This document shows positions 48,229 through 62,474 of a stretch of 64,000 bases of DNA, piece by piece. Each line of letters opens with the position of its first letter. Position 1 is the stretch's first letter. The DNA is from Trichoplax adhaerens (Eukaryota; Animalia; Placozoa): NCBI RefSeq assembly GCF_000150275.1, contig NW_002060943.1:10386209-10450208 (forward strand), in the 5' to 3' direction. The position numbers and the translations under genes were made by a program. Below the pieces are notes generated by a model, which saw only the letters and a list, made by a program, of their open reading frames with translations, was not told where the DNA came from and made no database searches.

Positions 48229-49709
48229 TTACCAATAACTTATATATTAAAGTTTTGCGATCTATCAAAATGTCCGCTAAACTATGTAGTGCATCACATT
48301 TTAGATCATTAGATTTACTTTGATTTATCCATTGGATTATAATTTGTGACCTTATTATTATTCAACTAAGATTTGGTTACTACATTCAATTATTTTGTGG
48401 CCTATGATAATAAATGTATGAATCTAAGTCTAAGTTATGATTGTACTCGTTTTAGTTGCTAGGAGGGCAATGTCTTCTAAATGTTCGAATAACAAATTTT
48501 GTTGTATTGCCATACATATGATATGATATTGCTACTGTAATTAGACTACTTTAGATCAATTAATTATTATTTTAGTCTTGGTGGTTTAATTTTGTAATAT
48601 TTTTTGGCATTATGCCTTGTAATTTTTATAAAGTTTTCAATCCCTATTTTTGTGTTATGATGTAGCTAAGACGTCTGCTATTGTAATGATTAATCACACT
48701 CACTATAGAATTCGAATTAACTATTTTACTTCAAGTATTTAACATCATGATATTGTAGCATTGCATCCTGTGTACCAAACTAAAGCTGGCCTATTGATAT
48801 ACTTCTGCCTGGATACTGCGTGTTTAGTTAAAATGATACGATCGTTGCCTACCGAATTACTCGTCTTTTTATATTTTCGTTATGGAGTCTTAGTTCTACC
48901 TTTTTTTATGGTTAAGTGTTTTACGAATAAATAGGATAAATGCTATGAACTTTAGCCTAATTAATTTCAACATAATGTAGTAACTGAGACGACGTTGTTG
49001 AAAACTTAAAAAATACTCTGATTATTCAGATTCCCACCAACTTCTTAGATAACGACTGCATACGCTTAGAACTAATAAATATTAACATTATAGGTCGCTT
49101 GTGCAATTATCCAAATAGTTAAACCTCTGTTAATGACATATACAATGCCGATAAGTAATTTTAGTTTTGGAGCCTCAGCTTTATTAATAAAACTAATGTA
49201 AATCAGTCAAAACCAGAATTGAAAGTAGATGTACATTATCTAAAATGTTCGTAAGGTTGCAGTAACACATATCTGCTAATGGAACCAAATTTTTGCTTAA
49301 ATACTTTCCTATTCTATTAAAAGCTGAGTCGGAATCGTTGTATCCAATCAGTAATATAGTTATTCTTCAAAGTCAAAGAGTATTATTTCGAATATACATA
49401 AGCTTACATTGGTTATTAATAAATTTAGACTGCAGCCAAAATAAAATTTTCACTGCGATTAATGAGCATTTTCTCCCGGAATCTATATGAAGCTTACACA
49501 TTCTACGGACAGATATACTCATAGACATACTCGCATTGCCTGTTGGCGTCACCAAACTTTAGCCATCAATTAAATTGTTGAAACTGACCTACATACGTCC
49601 ATTCACGGGTTTAAGTAATAAGGGGAAATAACATGAGGGTTAAATTACAATTGTCAACATGAACATTTATGTAACATAAATTACTGAAATAACAAACAAG
49701 CATAAACTT

Positions 49710-52700
49710 TTAAGAACTTGAAAAGAGATCGTTCGCAGCCGGAAGTGGTGCTAATCCGCCAGTTACATCAGGCAACAAACTTAGATCTGGCAAGCTTTCT
49801 ATGTGAATTTTTAATTCCTTCTTGACTTTGGCAGTAGTTGCTAATTTTGTTTTACACTTCTGCATAACAAGACAAATGCAAAATAATGAGATTCATAGCT
49901 GACAGTTATATAACAATAGTTCCACTTTCAACGTACTTCCAGTTCTTTTTCTGTTTTTTCTAATTCTGCTTGATGTATAGTAATTAATTCGTCTAATTTT
50001 CGTAAACCTTGAGCTCGATCTTCTAGTTCCGCAGTTAGACGTCCATTGTAATCAGCGAGAAGGAGCACAGCTTCGTCAACTTTTTTTAGCAGTTTCTCTG
50101 CTTCCGCTTTACCTAACATATCAAAAAATTCTTAATATCAGATGTATACTAAGTGTTTAGCTGAAATTTTTAAAAATTAAGAAAGAGAAGCATAAGGAAA
50201 AGCATCATCTTACTTTGTATGCTATCAACACTACCAACGTCCTCGAATTCTTTTGGTAGTTCACTAATTTTCTTTCTGATTACAACGTCGCCCGAAGCAG
50301 ACTGCTCTAAATCGCTTAAGCAACGCACCAACTCTTCAATCTGGGTCAAATATTATGAATAATGGCAAAAACGGCATTAAATACTTTATAAATTTCTGAC
50401 ATATTCTTTTAGCAGTCATTTAATTAAGATTCATGCAGTAAATATCAATTTACATAGGTGTAAACCATACTACGCACAGCTAGTCTACATCATACCTTTT
50501 ACATGAACGATATGAATGCATTTGTACTGTATAAATTGTACCGTACATAAAATAAACAAACCGTAGGCTCAGGTCCAGATACACCAGATCCAGTATTAGG
50601 CGAACTTATCCTTTTTCGCTTTCTCTCCGGCTCATTATGAGAGGAGCTAGTTTTAGCGATTTCAGTTGCTATAATCAATTTCGAAAATAATATCATTTAA
50701 AATGAACTAACAGCATAGCAATCTCGATCTATTAACGGTCCCTTATTATTAGTGTGATGATTTATAATTGAAAGAAATAAGTATTTTGTTAACTGTTATA
50801 TTCGCTTATCATAGTTTGAGTCTCATGATTTTTATAAGTATATGAAATCGCTTATCATAAAATTGCAACAAATTTAGAAATTAGTACAATCAAGCTTTAA
50901 ATTTACATGTAATTACATTGTGGTCTAAGAATATGCCGAAGTTTCTCAACATATTTGCCGTCGAATACCACACGCTCTTCCCATATACTTAAGACACGCT
51001 CTGCTGCTTTTATTCCCTGAGAATCACTATCTTCCCTAAAAATAGTTATCATAATTTAAGACACGCAAATAAGTAGTTAGGGTTTAACAAAGAAAAGGTA
51101 ACGTTATGTTAATCAAATCAAGATCGAACTGAAATTTTGAAGGTTTAAATATATAAGTTCTAGATATTTGTTATTATTTGTTAAAGATATCAAATTGTCT
51201 ATCACTTAAGTTTTGTTTATATGAACAGACTGATTCATTTCAGAACAATTACAATAAGTAACTACTGTATAATTAAACTTACGAAATCGTAGCTACTATT
51301 TACGTTTGTCAATCGTACAAAACTGTGATGCTAATAGTACCCTAAACATGTTATGATGTTGTATCTAAGTTAGCATTGATATAGTTTGTAAATGAATATT
51401 CTTATTGATAATTATAATGTGCAGGCTAATCACTATCGCAATATTATATCGTATAATTTATTATTTAAAAGCGATTACCAACAATTATTATAATATATGA
51501 TATTATTCAAAGACAACAGGTAATCATCAAACTGTGCCTAATGTACTTAATGTCTTCATTTCTAATCATTGCAAATACTAATTGCAAACGCAGATATCGT
51601 ACAGTTTATACTGTAATTTTATAAAGAGTACAGTATAGTTGCTATAATATAATAAAATACAGAAGTTGCAAATTTTTGAATACTGACTCATTAAATATTG
51701 ACTAAAGTCATTATACATGTACAATAACATTCGCAAAATATAAACGGTATTGCATCTTACCTTGCAAAATGCTGAAAGACATCCGGTAGAATATTATAGA
51801 ATTCGCTATCAAATTCAGCTCCCTTCCTCTTGCTATTTTGCAATACGTCATTGGCAACGTATAGCATACTTAATCTTTTATTAGTTCTGGCTATAATAGT
51901 GAACATAAATGATATTTACTACCGCAAACGGAAGTCTTAGTTTTATTTCATTTTAGCTAAATCTGGAATTATAAGATAACGTAATCTGCTCACCATCTTT
52001 GCTTGCACTACAGTCAGTAGCATGTAGACTCTACTGTACATTGTAGAGTCTAATGAAGAAAGGTACTACAGTAATCTCAAGAGTCTACACACTTAGGTCG
52101 CCGTCGTGTTGTATTTAATCGTGTATGTTATTGTACTCCCTACAGTTCTAAGATAGGTTACCGATTTCGGGATCGAAACTATAATGTGAGATAACGTTGA
52201 CTATGATATCAATTTTCAATATACAACCCATTTTGTTCTTTAACGACATCTCATTGTTGTTGATGTTTTTGTATAACATTTGTTAGGCTATATTGAAAGA
52301 TGACTGGGAAAGTTGGACGTATAGCGGTAACTATAGAAAGAATAACGACACCGTATGTAGACTGATGAGATCCTTAAAGTAGAGTATTTACAGTATACGC
52401 GCAGTATATGTTATAGAGCAGAATTTCATGTTAGCAGCTATACAGTGTTTAGAGATTCTCTACCCTCCGATATGGTATCATGGCATGTACAGATTTTTCG
52501 TTAAAGAATTGTTATTGATGAATGTATAGTATATAATATATATCTAGCTAGCTTTTGTAACCATTAAGAGGTAACATGATTAATGCGATTAATTATCTGT
52601 ACGTTATATTACTTCTATAATGTATTGTAAGTTACGTATTGGGTACAATATTTGACTGCGCAACTGAAACCGTCAATATCTAAAAATAGTTGTTACTGAT

Positions 52701-53451
52701 ACGAAAGTGCTCATCGTAACTGCATTGTACAGTACAACATACAGTGCACATGACTTAAAAATAGCGTTAGATTTGCTAGATCCTAGTGTAGTTATTTCAA
52801 AAGTATCAATAAGGTATAAGATATTACTCCAATTTTAAGATCATCTTTAATTAATCAAATGATGAGCAGCTCTCCACTTACGCTGTAATAATACAATAGC
52901 ATCTACGCGTATTACATCATACAGCAACCGCACGGCACCATAAAGCAATATCAGGATTTTTACTGATGTTAGTGGTGTATGCTATAATATGCAGTACCTA
53001 GTACGTCATAATACGATATGAAGAAAAACGACCTAACGATTGCCGATAAATATGAAAAAATCTCGATATTCGCTACAAATTACACTATACGGCATGATAT
53101 GAGCTATCTAGAGCTATCGTGCTAACAAGATAATGTGCAGCAAGTTATACCTTAATGATCAGTATCAAATCACCGCAATGGATTTGATTTCTACTCGTAC
53201 AGAAAGGTCTTGAGCTAGCTACATCTGGATTGTACAGTACAATACAGTGTTCTATAATTTTAAGACAATAGTAACGTTAAAACTACTCCACTATCGCTAC
53301 CTTTCTGAAATTCTTGATGCCAGACTTCAACAGCAGCTTTTGAATGTTTTCTATGATGCATCATCCATAGAGATAGAGTTTGTACACTCTGTTGCGAGTT
53401 CGATAATTCAGTTAACCTTTTCTCTAGAGCTGCACTACTGAAAGAAGCCAT
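49710..53451 (-). CDS. RPRD1B: Regulation of nuclear pre-mRNA domain-containing protein 1 (CID + CREPT coiled coil)
   Basis: MASFSSAALEKRLTELSNSQQSVQTLSLWMMHHRKH, MLYVANDVLQNSKRKGAEF, LEQSASGDVVIRKKISELP, AVLLLADYNGRLTAELEDR and IESLPDLSLLPDVTGGLAPLP. Probably a pro-ortholog of RPRD1A/B. Confidence 0.93.
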
Positions 53452-53656
53452 TCCAATCCCATCTGGAAAGTACCACTACAAGACTAAAAATATCACGCCG
53501 ACTGCAATCAAACAGAGATTGCTCGACAATAAGAAGAGAAATACAGTTTATCCAAATTGACACAGTAGATATATGAATTTTCTATACAGCTACGACTTCT
53601 GTTGCACCTGAAATCTAGATGATACACTAACAGCTTTGATGCGTGTTATCACCTAA

Positions 53657-53860
53657 GTACAGTACGTACTTTAACGCTCAGTATCCTGCTACTGTACAGT
53701 GTACAGTACAGTACAGTACTGTAACATACAGTACAGTATATTGTACTCTATTCTACACTGTACTGTACTGTACTGTACTGTACAGTGTACAGTACAGTGC
53801 GGTACCGTTCAAGTGTATGTACTGTACTATACTGTACACTGTACAGTCCTGTACAGCAGT
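53657..53860. repeat. TACAG/CTGTA array in the RPRD1/THEM4-like divergent promoter
   Basis: actgtacagtgtacagtacagtacagtact and ctgtactgtactgtactgtactgtacagtgtacagtacag. Confidence 0.92.
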
Positions 53861-55198
53861 GTTGTCTACCTTTAAAGTCAACAATCAGGAATCACAACTA
53901 ACTTGTATTTTTTCCCAATACTGTAATAAGGGACTTTTGTTCGTCTTATTTGAACTCTCTTAGAAGTCACCGGAGCAGTACTCTGTCACTAAAATTTTAA
54001 AAATATTTTACGTCAACGATTCCATACGGCATAGTAGAATGTGAATGATTCTGTGATTGATCCTAGTTAGTACATACTGTACAGTACTTGAGAGTAGAGA
54101 CCTGTATCCGAGCAATCTAACCAAAAGAAAATCTATGAAATAATCTACACTGTATGAACATACTGTACAGTACTGTATATAGCACTCAGTGCATTGACAG
54201 CAAATCAGTTATTGAACAGAGAGACATCTGTTTTACATACAGCTCAGTTCAGTACTTAAGAGCTAGCAACGTAGAACTGCCGTACACAATCCTAGCTTTA
54301 CAATAGACCATAGCCCTAAGCATCTCAAGACATCTATTTTACGTCTACCCATGTTCACTATAGCTGTTAAAAACGTTGGTTACATTGGAACTGCATCTTA
54401 CACTATAGACTATAAACAGCTCGGGACATAACTATTATAATTATAAGTGGAATATGATGCTTTCCGTAGAGCAGTTTCAACGAGATGTACGAAACACTAA
54501 ATTTCGAAATAGCCAATCTACTGTACAGTATTAACTACACTACTGTAGATTGAGCACTACAAAGGGAAAATATGACCAATCTCCGTAGTTAATAAGAGTT
54601 GCATTTATAAGAGCAATATTTAATCGAAATCAATTCACTAGAATAATATTGCACATCAAATTTCTTCTACACACAGATCCAAAATTTATAACTGTACAGT
54701 ATAATGTACACTGTAAGATGTAATATTGAACGATACCAGTATGAAAACTATGTTTTAATTTATTGTTAATTGACTGTAAGTAAAGTAAAACAAATTAAAA
54801 TTAAAGATACGTAACACAGTGCGTATATATATATACTGCGCAAGTTTTAACGATATATTAATTATATTATTGTTCTAACTATAAATACGCGTAGACAGTA
54901 AATATGCATGATATATTATATATACGTATATGTACGCGTACACACCGTTGTAGAGATTAATAATTAAAAAAACAATAACTGAAAACAACGCAAAAATATG
55001 TGTATACCGACAAGCAACGATGGTAAATAAATTGGGACTTGTTAACAAATTAAATACCGTAATTTACGCATACAGATCAAAGTCCAATACCATGTTTTGT
55101 GATCTTTGTACGATGATAAGCCAACGTAAAAAATAAAAAACGAGACTAGGATTGTAACATTACTCGATTATTATTTGTATCAATTCATTCGTAAAATC

Positions 55199-55780
55199 AT
55201 GTCAGTTAACAGCAAGAGGATACAAGTAAGAAAACATGTCAAACTAGCAAATGATGAAAATTGGAAATGTAAATTAGATATTTGGAAAGCTAACGAGTCT
55301 TGGTCTGACGACTGCAAGACAGTATTTCAAGAATTGTCTAATCTAGGAGATGACTGGGTTCAAGTAGCCGTAATCTGTGAGGATCCAGGCCATCGATGCT
55401 ATTTTAACTGCCATGATGAACAAGATAAAGTTTTCACAGTTGCAATGTTTTACTCCAAATCTAGAAATCGTATCCGAGGTGTAGCACAATTCGGACAATA
55501 TTCACAATCTGCTTCAGGTGTTGTTCATACAGGGGCCCTCTCAACAATAATTGATACAGTCTCCGGAATTTTAATAAATTTAGTTTGTGTTGCGGTCACA
55601 ATTAGCATGAGCATAAGGTATAAACAAATCTTACTTATCGAAGAATCAGCTCAATTTAACTGCTGGATTGAGAGAACAGAAGGTAGAAAAGCTATAGTTA
55701 AAATGGTTATTACGTCTATCGATAAAGGTAGGACATTCGCTGAAGGAGAGACTGTTTGGATGATACCAAGAAATGGTTAA
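55199..55780 (+). CDS. THEM4/THEM5-like acyl-CoA thioesterase (hotdog fold), single coding exon
   Basis: FTVAMFYS..GVAQFGQYSQSASGVVHTGALSTIIDTVSG..AVTISMSIRYK..IERTEGRK..FAEG resembles THEM4 (F.GG.YLEGPPG.IHGGAIATMID). Uninterrupted ORF. Confidence 0.75.
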   Translation: MSVNSKRIQVRKHVKLANDENWKCKLDIWKANESWSDDCKTVFQELSNLGDDWVQVAVICEDPGHRCYFNCHDEQDKVFTVAMFYSKSRNRIRGVAQFGQYSQSASGVVHTGALSTIIDTVSGILINLVCVAVTISMSIRYKQILLIEESAQFNCWIERTEGRKAIVKMVITSIDKGRTFAEGETVWMIPRNG

Positions 55781-56363
55781 TATCAAAAGTGCCTGCCAGG
55801 ATCACTATGGATGAAAACTATCAAATTTTTTTATTTGCAATGTATCCGTAAACGCCAATAATTAATTAAAATATTATTTGAAAGCATTTCTTATGGTTAA
55901 GAAATACTTACTGCAATAAAATTTTGATTAGTCCTGTAGAAATTATCTAACTACAGAATATACCATACGTACATTAACAGTAGGTATACACGTAAATAAT
56001 TGATCTTATATCCTATTACGACATTGTAATATATTTAGTATTACTCTAATTGTGAAGTACTGTACAAACACGTACATGTGATTATTACTTAGATAAATAT
56101 CCTAAGGTTACAGCATAAACGTGCACTTTCACCAAATAGACAATCCTTTACCAATTCGAATTTGTATAAAATCAAACTAATAAACTGATACATGAACAGA
56201 ATCGTAAAATTGTTCTTTATACAAGACAATTTGAATAATTAATACAAAGTCCTAAAATGCAGATCAAGATTTGATCTACACAACATAATGAACTTCCTAT
56301 TCATAAGCAATAAAATACCGCCGTAACAATTTTGTAAACAAACTCGAATTTTCCGTACTTTGA

Positions 56364-59300
56364 TCATAGCTCTTCTGATATCTCAATTCCCATGGCACTT
56401 CGTAAGGATTCCACTGAAATTAAATTGCCAGGTTGAACCTAGCATAATTAATAAATTACATTTAAGCTTATGGCGCCATAATTTAATTATTATTGAATCT
56501 CAACAGTAACACAAATTAAAAGCCATATATCATCTATGTGCTAATATTTAGTTATTTTTTACAGCTACGTATACTTACTAAGCCACTAAGTTGGGTAAGA
56601 TTATCAGCTAACTTGTTAGCTATGAAAACAGTTGACAATCATTATAATTAAAAAAAAAAGGAGTTACTATAGTATAGTAAAATTGAGCTTGATAAAGTCC
56701 TATTAAAACCTACCTACTGCTTTCTCCTTGTCACTCATATCTTCAATTTTTACCAATACAGTTTTACCTCCAGTTAATCCTACAGCATGCGGTTTGGTAA
56801 GTCTTTCCGTTTGTATCTCTTTCAATTCTCCCAAAAGACGAGTATTTTCATCGAGTCTTTCTTTCACAGAGATGGAGTAACTATAAAATCATATAAACCA
56901 TATGAGTCATGGCACTACTTCTTTAGTTCTATATTATAACCTAATAAAACTTATAAACTTCACCTGTTATCAACCGCTTCGACACTATCCTTCTCTCCTA
57001 TAACATACAGAAATTTAATTAACAATTTTAATTAAACGTAATAGAAGACCGATTATTTTCTAATATAGGAAAACCAAAAAGGTCTATATTCTGCGCACCG
57101 AGTTGATTTGTTAAAAATGAGATGTCAATACCATCTTTACCCAAGGATAGTATAGGTGCTAATTCGTTATCAGTTTTATAATCACTCATGTCATTTGTTC
57201 TGTTCTCAGTTCCATATTCAGTCTTATTATCGACATTAGTATTCGCGTTATCAGCATCAGTTAAGGAACTATCAGCATTCTTAACTGATGTATCGGATTT
57301 TTCGTTCATTTTATTATCATCTGTAGTGCGATCTACCTTTTCAGCCATATTAGCCTTATTATCAGTATTACCATGCTCTTCAACAATTTTGGATTCGTTA
57401 TCAACTCCTCCTTCTCTAGTTCCGCCTTCAATTTTGGACTTGTCATCCATTTTATCATCTCTCTCCTTAATATTCTGAAGGTGATCAATTGCAAAGTTAT
57501 AGTAAGTCAAAAATAAATAAAGCATGCGTTATTCAGTTAAAACTCACTTCGGATTTAAGACCAGATGAGGATTTTGAAGCACTAAATGTTTCATTTTCCT
57601 TCTAAGGAAACAAAGATAAAACCATTGAATCCCATTTTAACAAAATAGTTAACATAGTAAATCTAACCAGTTTAAAGCGCTTTATCACTTTATTATGCTC
57701 GCCATCAGTCATACTATTGAGGATATCATCAACAAAGTCCGTCATATATGATGAACAATTCCTTACAAATCGCTGCAAACTAACGCAGAAAAGAAATTAA
57801 ATATCAAACAGCTTCGCTAAAATGAATTAAACATCACCTAACTAACCTTCTACTATAATTTAAGGCGGTACTATTTCCGTACGCAGACAGAATCAAGTCC
57901 GAGTCATCTTTGGATAAATTTGAAGCCGTTGTGTCATAAATTGGAGCAAATGATGAAAAGTTTCCATAACGTAGGTACTCAACTACGAAATAAAATTTAT
58001 AGATACATTACGATATTTTCAGCAAGATAAATTTGAAATAAGGGCAGATTAAGATAATTGTATACTATTCGTTATTACCAGGCTTAATTTGTTTTACTTG
58101 CATGCTTTTAAGATCATTCAGGGATTGATTACTGGTAGAAACTATAGGGCCTTTCAATGACTCCAGATTAACCTTTTTATCGGCAATAATTTCGTATTCA
58201 TCATCTGAATGATATTTTAAACATTTTTATCATGATTGCTGAAAAATTTTTAAAATATCTAAAAGGTATTAAAAGCACAAATCAGCATATAGTAACCTGC
58301 GTTACTAGGGTTGACTACAGATAATACAGTTGTTCCATCTCGTTTTCGTTTAAAGTGCCCATACTAATAAAAGAAGACAAACCATAAACCCACATCAATA
58401 TTTTTTCTATTGCGGAAAGTTGATTTCTTACAGAACCTCATATCAAAAACACTGTCATCTTATATATACTAACGTTCGTTTTTATTGATTGCTTAGCTAT
58501 ATTGTTAGCTGCTTCCTTAGCTGCTGCTTGCACTGATGTTGTTAATTGGCGCTTTGCTGCTGTAAACTGATGATCTTGAAAATCTTTTCTGGCATCATTT
58601 CAAATAGAACTTATGTCAACAAGCCGTAACAGGGTATCCGTCAATTGTGACAGGTGGAAAAGGAATAAAGTTAGCTTAATTACTTACTTTTTTCTGTTCC
58701 TTGTGCTTTTCGTCACATCTTCTCCAATATTGACAACATCTACATCAATCGATGTCTGTTCACTTACACCTCGTCTTTCATTTCTCGTTCCTTGGCGTTT
58801 CTTATCATAAGATAGATGTTGCTTTTTTGAAGTATTTTCGGGTCGACCTTTATCATTACTCGTTAAACTATCAGATATTACTAGATCCGATTTTGTCTTC
58901 ATACTATTACTTGTATTTAAACTATTTCTTTTATGAGATATCCTTAGAGAACTATCAGTACTCCTTCGACTTCTACTACTAATGTCATTGTCTTGAATTT
59001 TTTCAGGTTTCATTTCGTTATATTTCTCCAATAGTTTTTCGTGTTCCTTATAGCGATGAGATAATTTTAACTTCAAAAAAGTTTTCTATATCCATCAATA
59101 CATGAGGTGTGATAAACTACAAACTTTACCTTGCTTATCAAAATTAATCCATCATCCCTCATTTTTTTGGCACACTTGTAAAAAATCGTACTGGAATCGT
59201 TGTATGTCATTGCGTTATTACACATTAATTCAAAATCGCTCTAGTTTCAATAAAATTGAAAATTTAGTATAATATTTGAATAATCCACCCATAATTGAAC

Positions 59301-62298
59301 CCTACATATGTACCTGAAATTCGTCTAACGCATCATAGCGATTGACTTTTTTCTTAATGGTACTCAAATCCATAGGATTGGAAATAATTTTTGAATACCC
59401 AGGAGCAACATCATCAGTAACAGGTTCAGCGAATATTGAATCAACATCTTTTCTGCAATTTTGGCAAGTGCATATTGACGTTATTGAAGATAGAGAAATT
59501 AAATACCGCAAGTAATCAAAAATATAATCTTATCAATTACCTTTGAAGGGTTCGAACAAGATTCAGTAATGATAAACGTAAGATCCGCTTATTAGAACCT
59601 TCTATAAAGAGATACAGATGTTATGAGCAGTGCAGAAAAGTAAAAAGTGAAGATGATTCCAATATTTGGATAGTGGTTACTGGTCAGACTATGAAGTAAT
59701 TATAGAAAACAGAATTAATCTAGGTAATTGAACTATTTATAAGATTACAGATCATATCATTGGCGGGGTTACAGAGTACGTACCGATATCCTCTGGTGAT
59801 AAACTTGGTTCATCTATAATATTTATTGGTTTCTCTCTAAATAACATTAAATAAATCAAAGCAATTAATAACTATCGACGATATAACGACACTTAACAAT
59901 CTACGGACATACCGAACGGGAGAAATTGATTTTTTCGATTTCTGGCTGCTCTCAGGCATCGGCTTGAAAATTAATTTACTGACTTTGGTTTTTATAGGTG
60001 TTTCATCTACATCCTTGGTAAATGAAGTGACTTCCTTTCGAGATTTACTTGAGGATTTCACTGCTAATTTATCTAGTTTTAACTTTATCTTTTTAGTCTT
60101 GGGTTTGTCTAGCAATTCCTGCTCATCATCGCCTGACGATGTCTGCGAATAAGGTATTCAAGATTAGCTAAAGTATTAGGCTTAACATCTTCCTTTATAT
60201 TCAACCAATATCAAGGACAGCGCATGTTTTTCTTATGCTCTGAATAGTTTTTCCATACTGTATTGAGTACTTTGCTAAGCATACTTAAAATTGCAGAATA
60301 GACGGTATAATAATGTATGATACTACTTATAAAAATATCATATTACAGCAACTCAGTGATGTATCAATCAAGCTGCCCTAAATTTTAAAATTACCGATTC
60401 AATGTCCGATTTACGAGCAGCAAGTTTACGTTTTCTACTTCCACTATTGCTCTTAATACTCGAGGTGCTCTTTTCACGGGCGGTACTACGCGTCTTAGAA
60501 GAAATGGAGAGTTCCGTTTTACTTTCCTTGGTTTTATGACTAGCCTTTCCACTAGCTTGATTTACTGTCTTCTTCGAATCACGTTTTTTGCTCTTAATGA
60601 CGGTATCGCTTCCAACTTTTAATACCAATTTAATCGGAGCAGCCGATGGAGTCTTTTTTTTATTGCCTACATCAAAATAAAATTACAGCATTAATGTTGA
60701 TACAATTGACACTAGCTTCATATGAATCAAAGTGATGCGGATAATGTAGCCCGTTATACCACTACGTTTAGTCATATCAATAACCTGTAAAGGTAATACA
60801 TGCAAATAATGCAAAGTGAATTTTGCGAATACGCATATAGCAACATTTTAAACAAATTAGGATACATATAACAATAAACTTTTATTTTTTTGCTTCATAC
60901 GAAACTCGTAAACTATAAATTCAACTAATAGAAGAACTACATTCCCATTCATTCAATAAAATTGATGATAAAGATTGCAATCTCGCACAATAAATAATAA
61001 TATATTCAGATCACTTGGCCTGCACAATTTATTTGATACCAATAGTATCGCTGCGACTACAAAATAAGCACAAAGCTCTATGTGCATGATTTGCGCTAGC
61101 TGTTCATAATTTAATGTCCAGCTTGATTTAGGTATAGAGAGCTACTAGATCATTCGCTACCACACTCTGATGCCCAATATAAACACTGGATTTGATTACT
61201 CATAAATAAGTATAATTCATAAATAATCGCTAGTAAACGTATAGTACACTATAGTGAAGAATATAAGTACATTATAAGTATAGTCGAAGTTTATCTTTGG
61301 TTTCTAAATGACGTAGGTATAATTTGCGTATTGTATACTATCATCCACTAATCTGCTAAATTAAGCACTTAAATGAAAATAGTAAGCTAACTGTAAAACT
61401 TGTCCACATTTCCTCATACTGACTGAACCGTCAGTAATAGCTCAGTAATTCCCGTTACTTAAGTTTGCCTCCTATCCAGTCCATCAACTGTTCTACCAGT
61501 ATTTTACGTAGCACCAATAACATCGAAGGAGTTTTACTGCGGTAAGCAGTAAATACTTTCGGTTCTATCATTGATGCAATCACACTGCAAGTATTTAGTC
61601 TTACTACCACTTTTTATGATCAACTTTGTCGATATTAGTATAGAAGAAGTATCATGAAGATGCATACAGTACAGTAAATATTGCATAAATTTAAGCTATG
61701 TTTGATCCATTGCATAATAGCTAAGCCTTCAATCCGGGGTAGGGCAAATACTCGCGGGAAATGAGATATATTGAGATGGATACGAATTATTGAGACAACT
61801 TGTAAGAGATTATCCGTGGTTTAGTTACGGAAAGTAAAATTTAAACATATAGAGCTAACTTTACGAGCCATTCTACTGAGCTAAAATTGGACTAGTGAAA
61901 GGATAATACATGATATAATTACACTTGTAATATTATAATAACTCTTTCTTTAGAACACAGCATATGATTCTACCGTTTTCATTTTTCCTTTCTTTTTTCC
62001 ACACATCGGTGCATCTGATCATAATGCTATATAACAGTATATAGACTCCGTCTACAGTCTCAAGCCATAGAGTAGTTAAAGTGCAAATTATATCGGTAAA
62101 ACAGCGTAATCATAATTATTGTTACTTATTGAATTATTTAATAACTAAATCAACCTTTTACCTCATCTACACATGGTTAATACATTACTATAAGCATAAA
62201 CGTCAATGCAATGCGTAAGCACCTGATAAATTTTTGGAAGCTTCAGGTCTTTCTTTTATTTTTTTAGCTGCTTTTCTTGCTTTTTTTCGATTCGCCAT
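56364..62298 (-). CDS. BRD7: Bromodomain-containing protein 7/9 (bromodomain + DUF3512)
   Basis: PIKLVLKVG, KDVDSIFAEPVTDDVAPGYSKIISNPMDLSTIK, DFELMCNNAMTYN..TIFYKCAKK, VEYLRYGNFSSFAPIYD..NLSKDDSDLILSAYG and VQPGNLISVESLRSAMGI. Probably a pro-ortholog of BRD7/BRD9. Exon 1 (MANRKKARK) is less certain. Confidence 0.88.
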
Positions 62299-62474
62299 AA
62301 ATAAACTAAGAAATGCTGTACTTACTGAGGGCTAAATTGAAATGAATTACTGTATTGATCGGGGCAATCTCTGCAAAGTCTTCCGTCCAAGATTGATGAT
62401 TTTCCTGTCAAAATGTACGAGTGCTGTCGGCTACCATGGGTTGATAGCCGTATCTGTCAAGTGTACAAACCTTA

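Noticed and set aside
52169-52373. Hammerhead-ribozyme-like words GGATC-GAAAC (about 52170) and CTGATGA-GATCC (about 52362)
   Set aside because: Stem II could form in a type II arrangement, but no convincing stem III with an NUH site or stem I can be built between them.
57188-57478. + strand S/L-rich ORFs opposite BRD7/9 exons (also 58613-58982 and 59964-60152)
   Set aside because: They are antisense shadows of low-complexity coding exons.
61974-62014. Possible extra BRD7/9 exon encoding MCGKKKGKMKT
   Set aside because: The 41-nt length and splice phases do not fit the flanking phase-1 junctions without another unseen exon.
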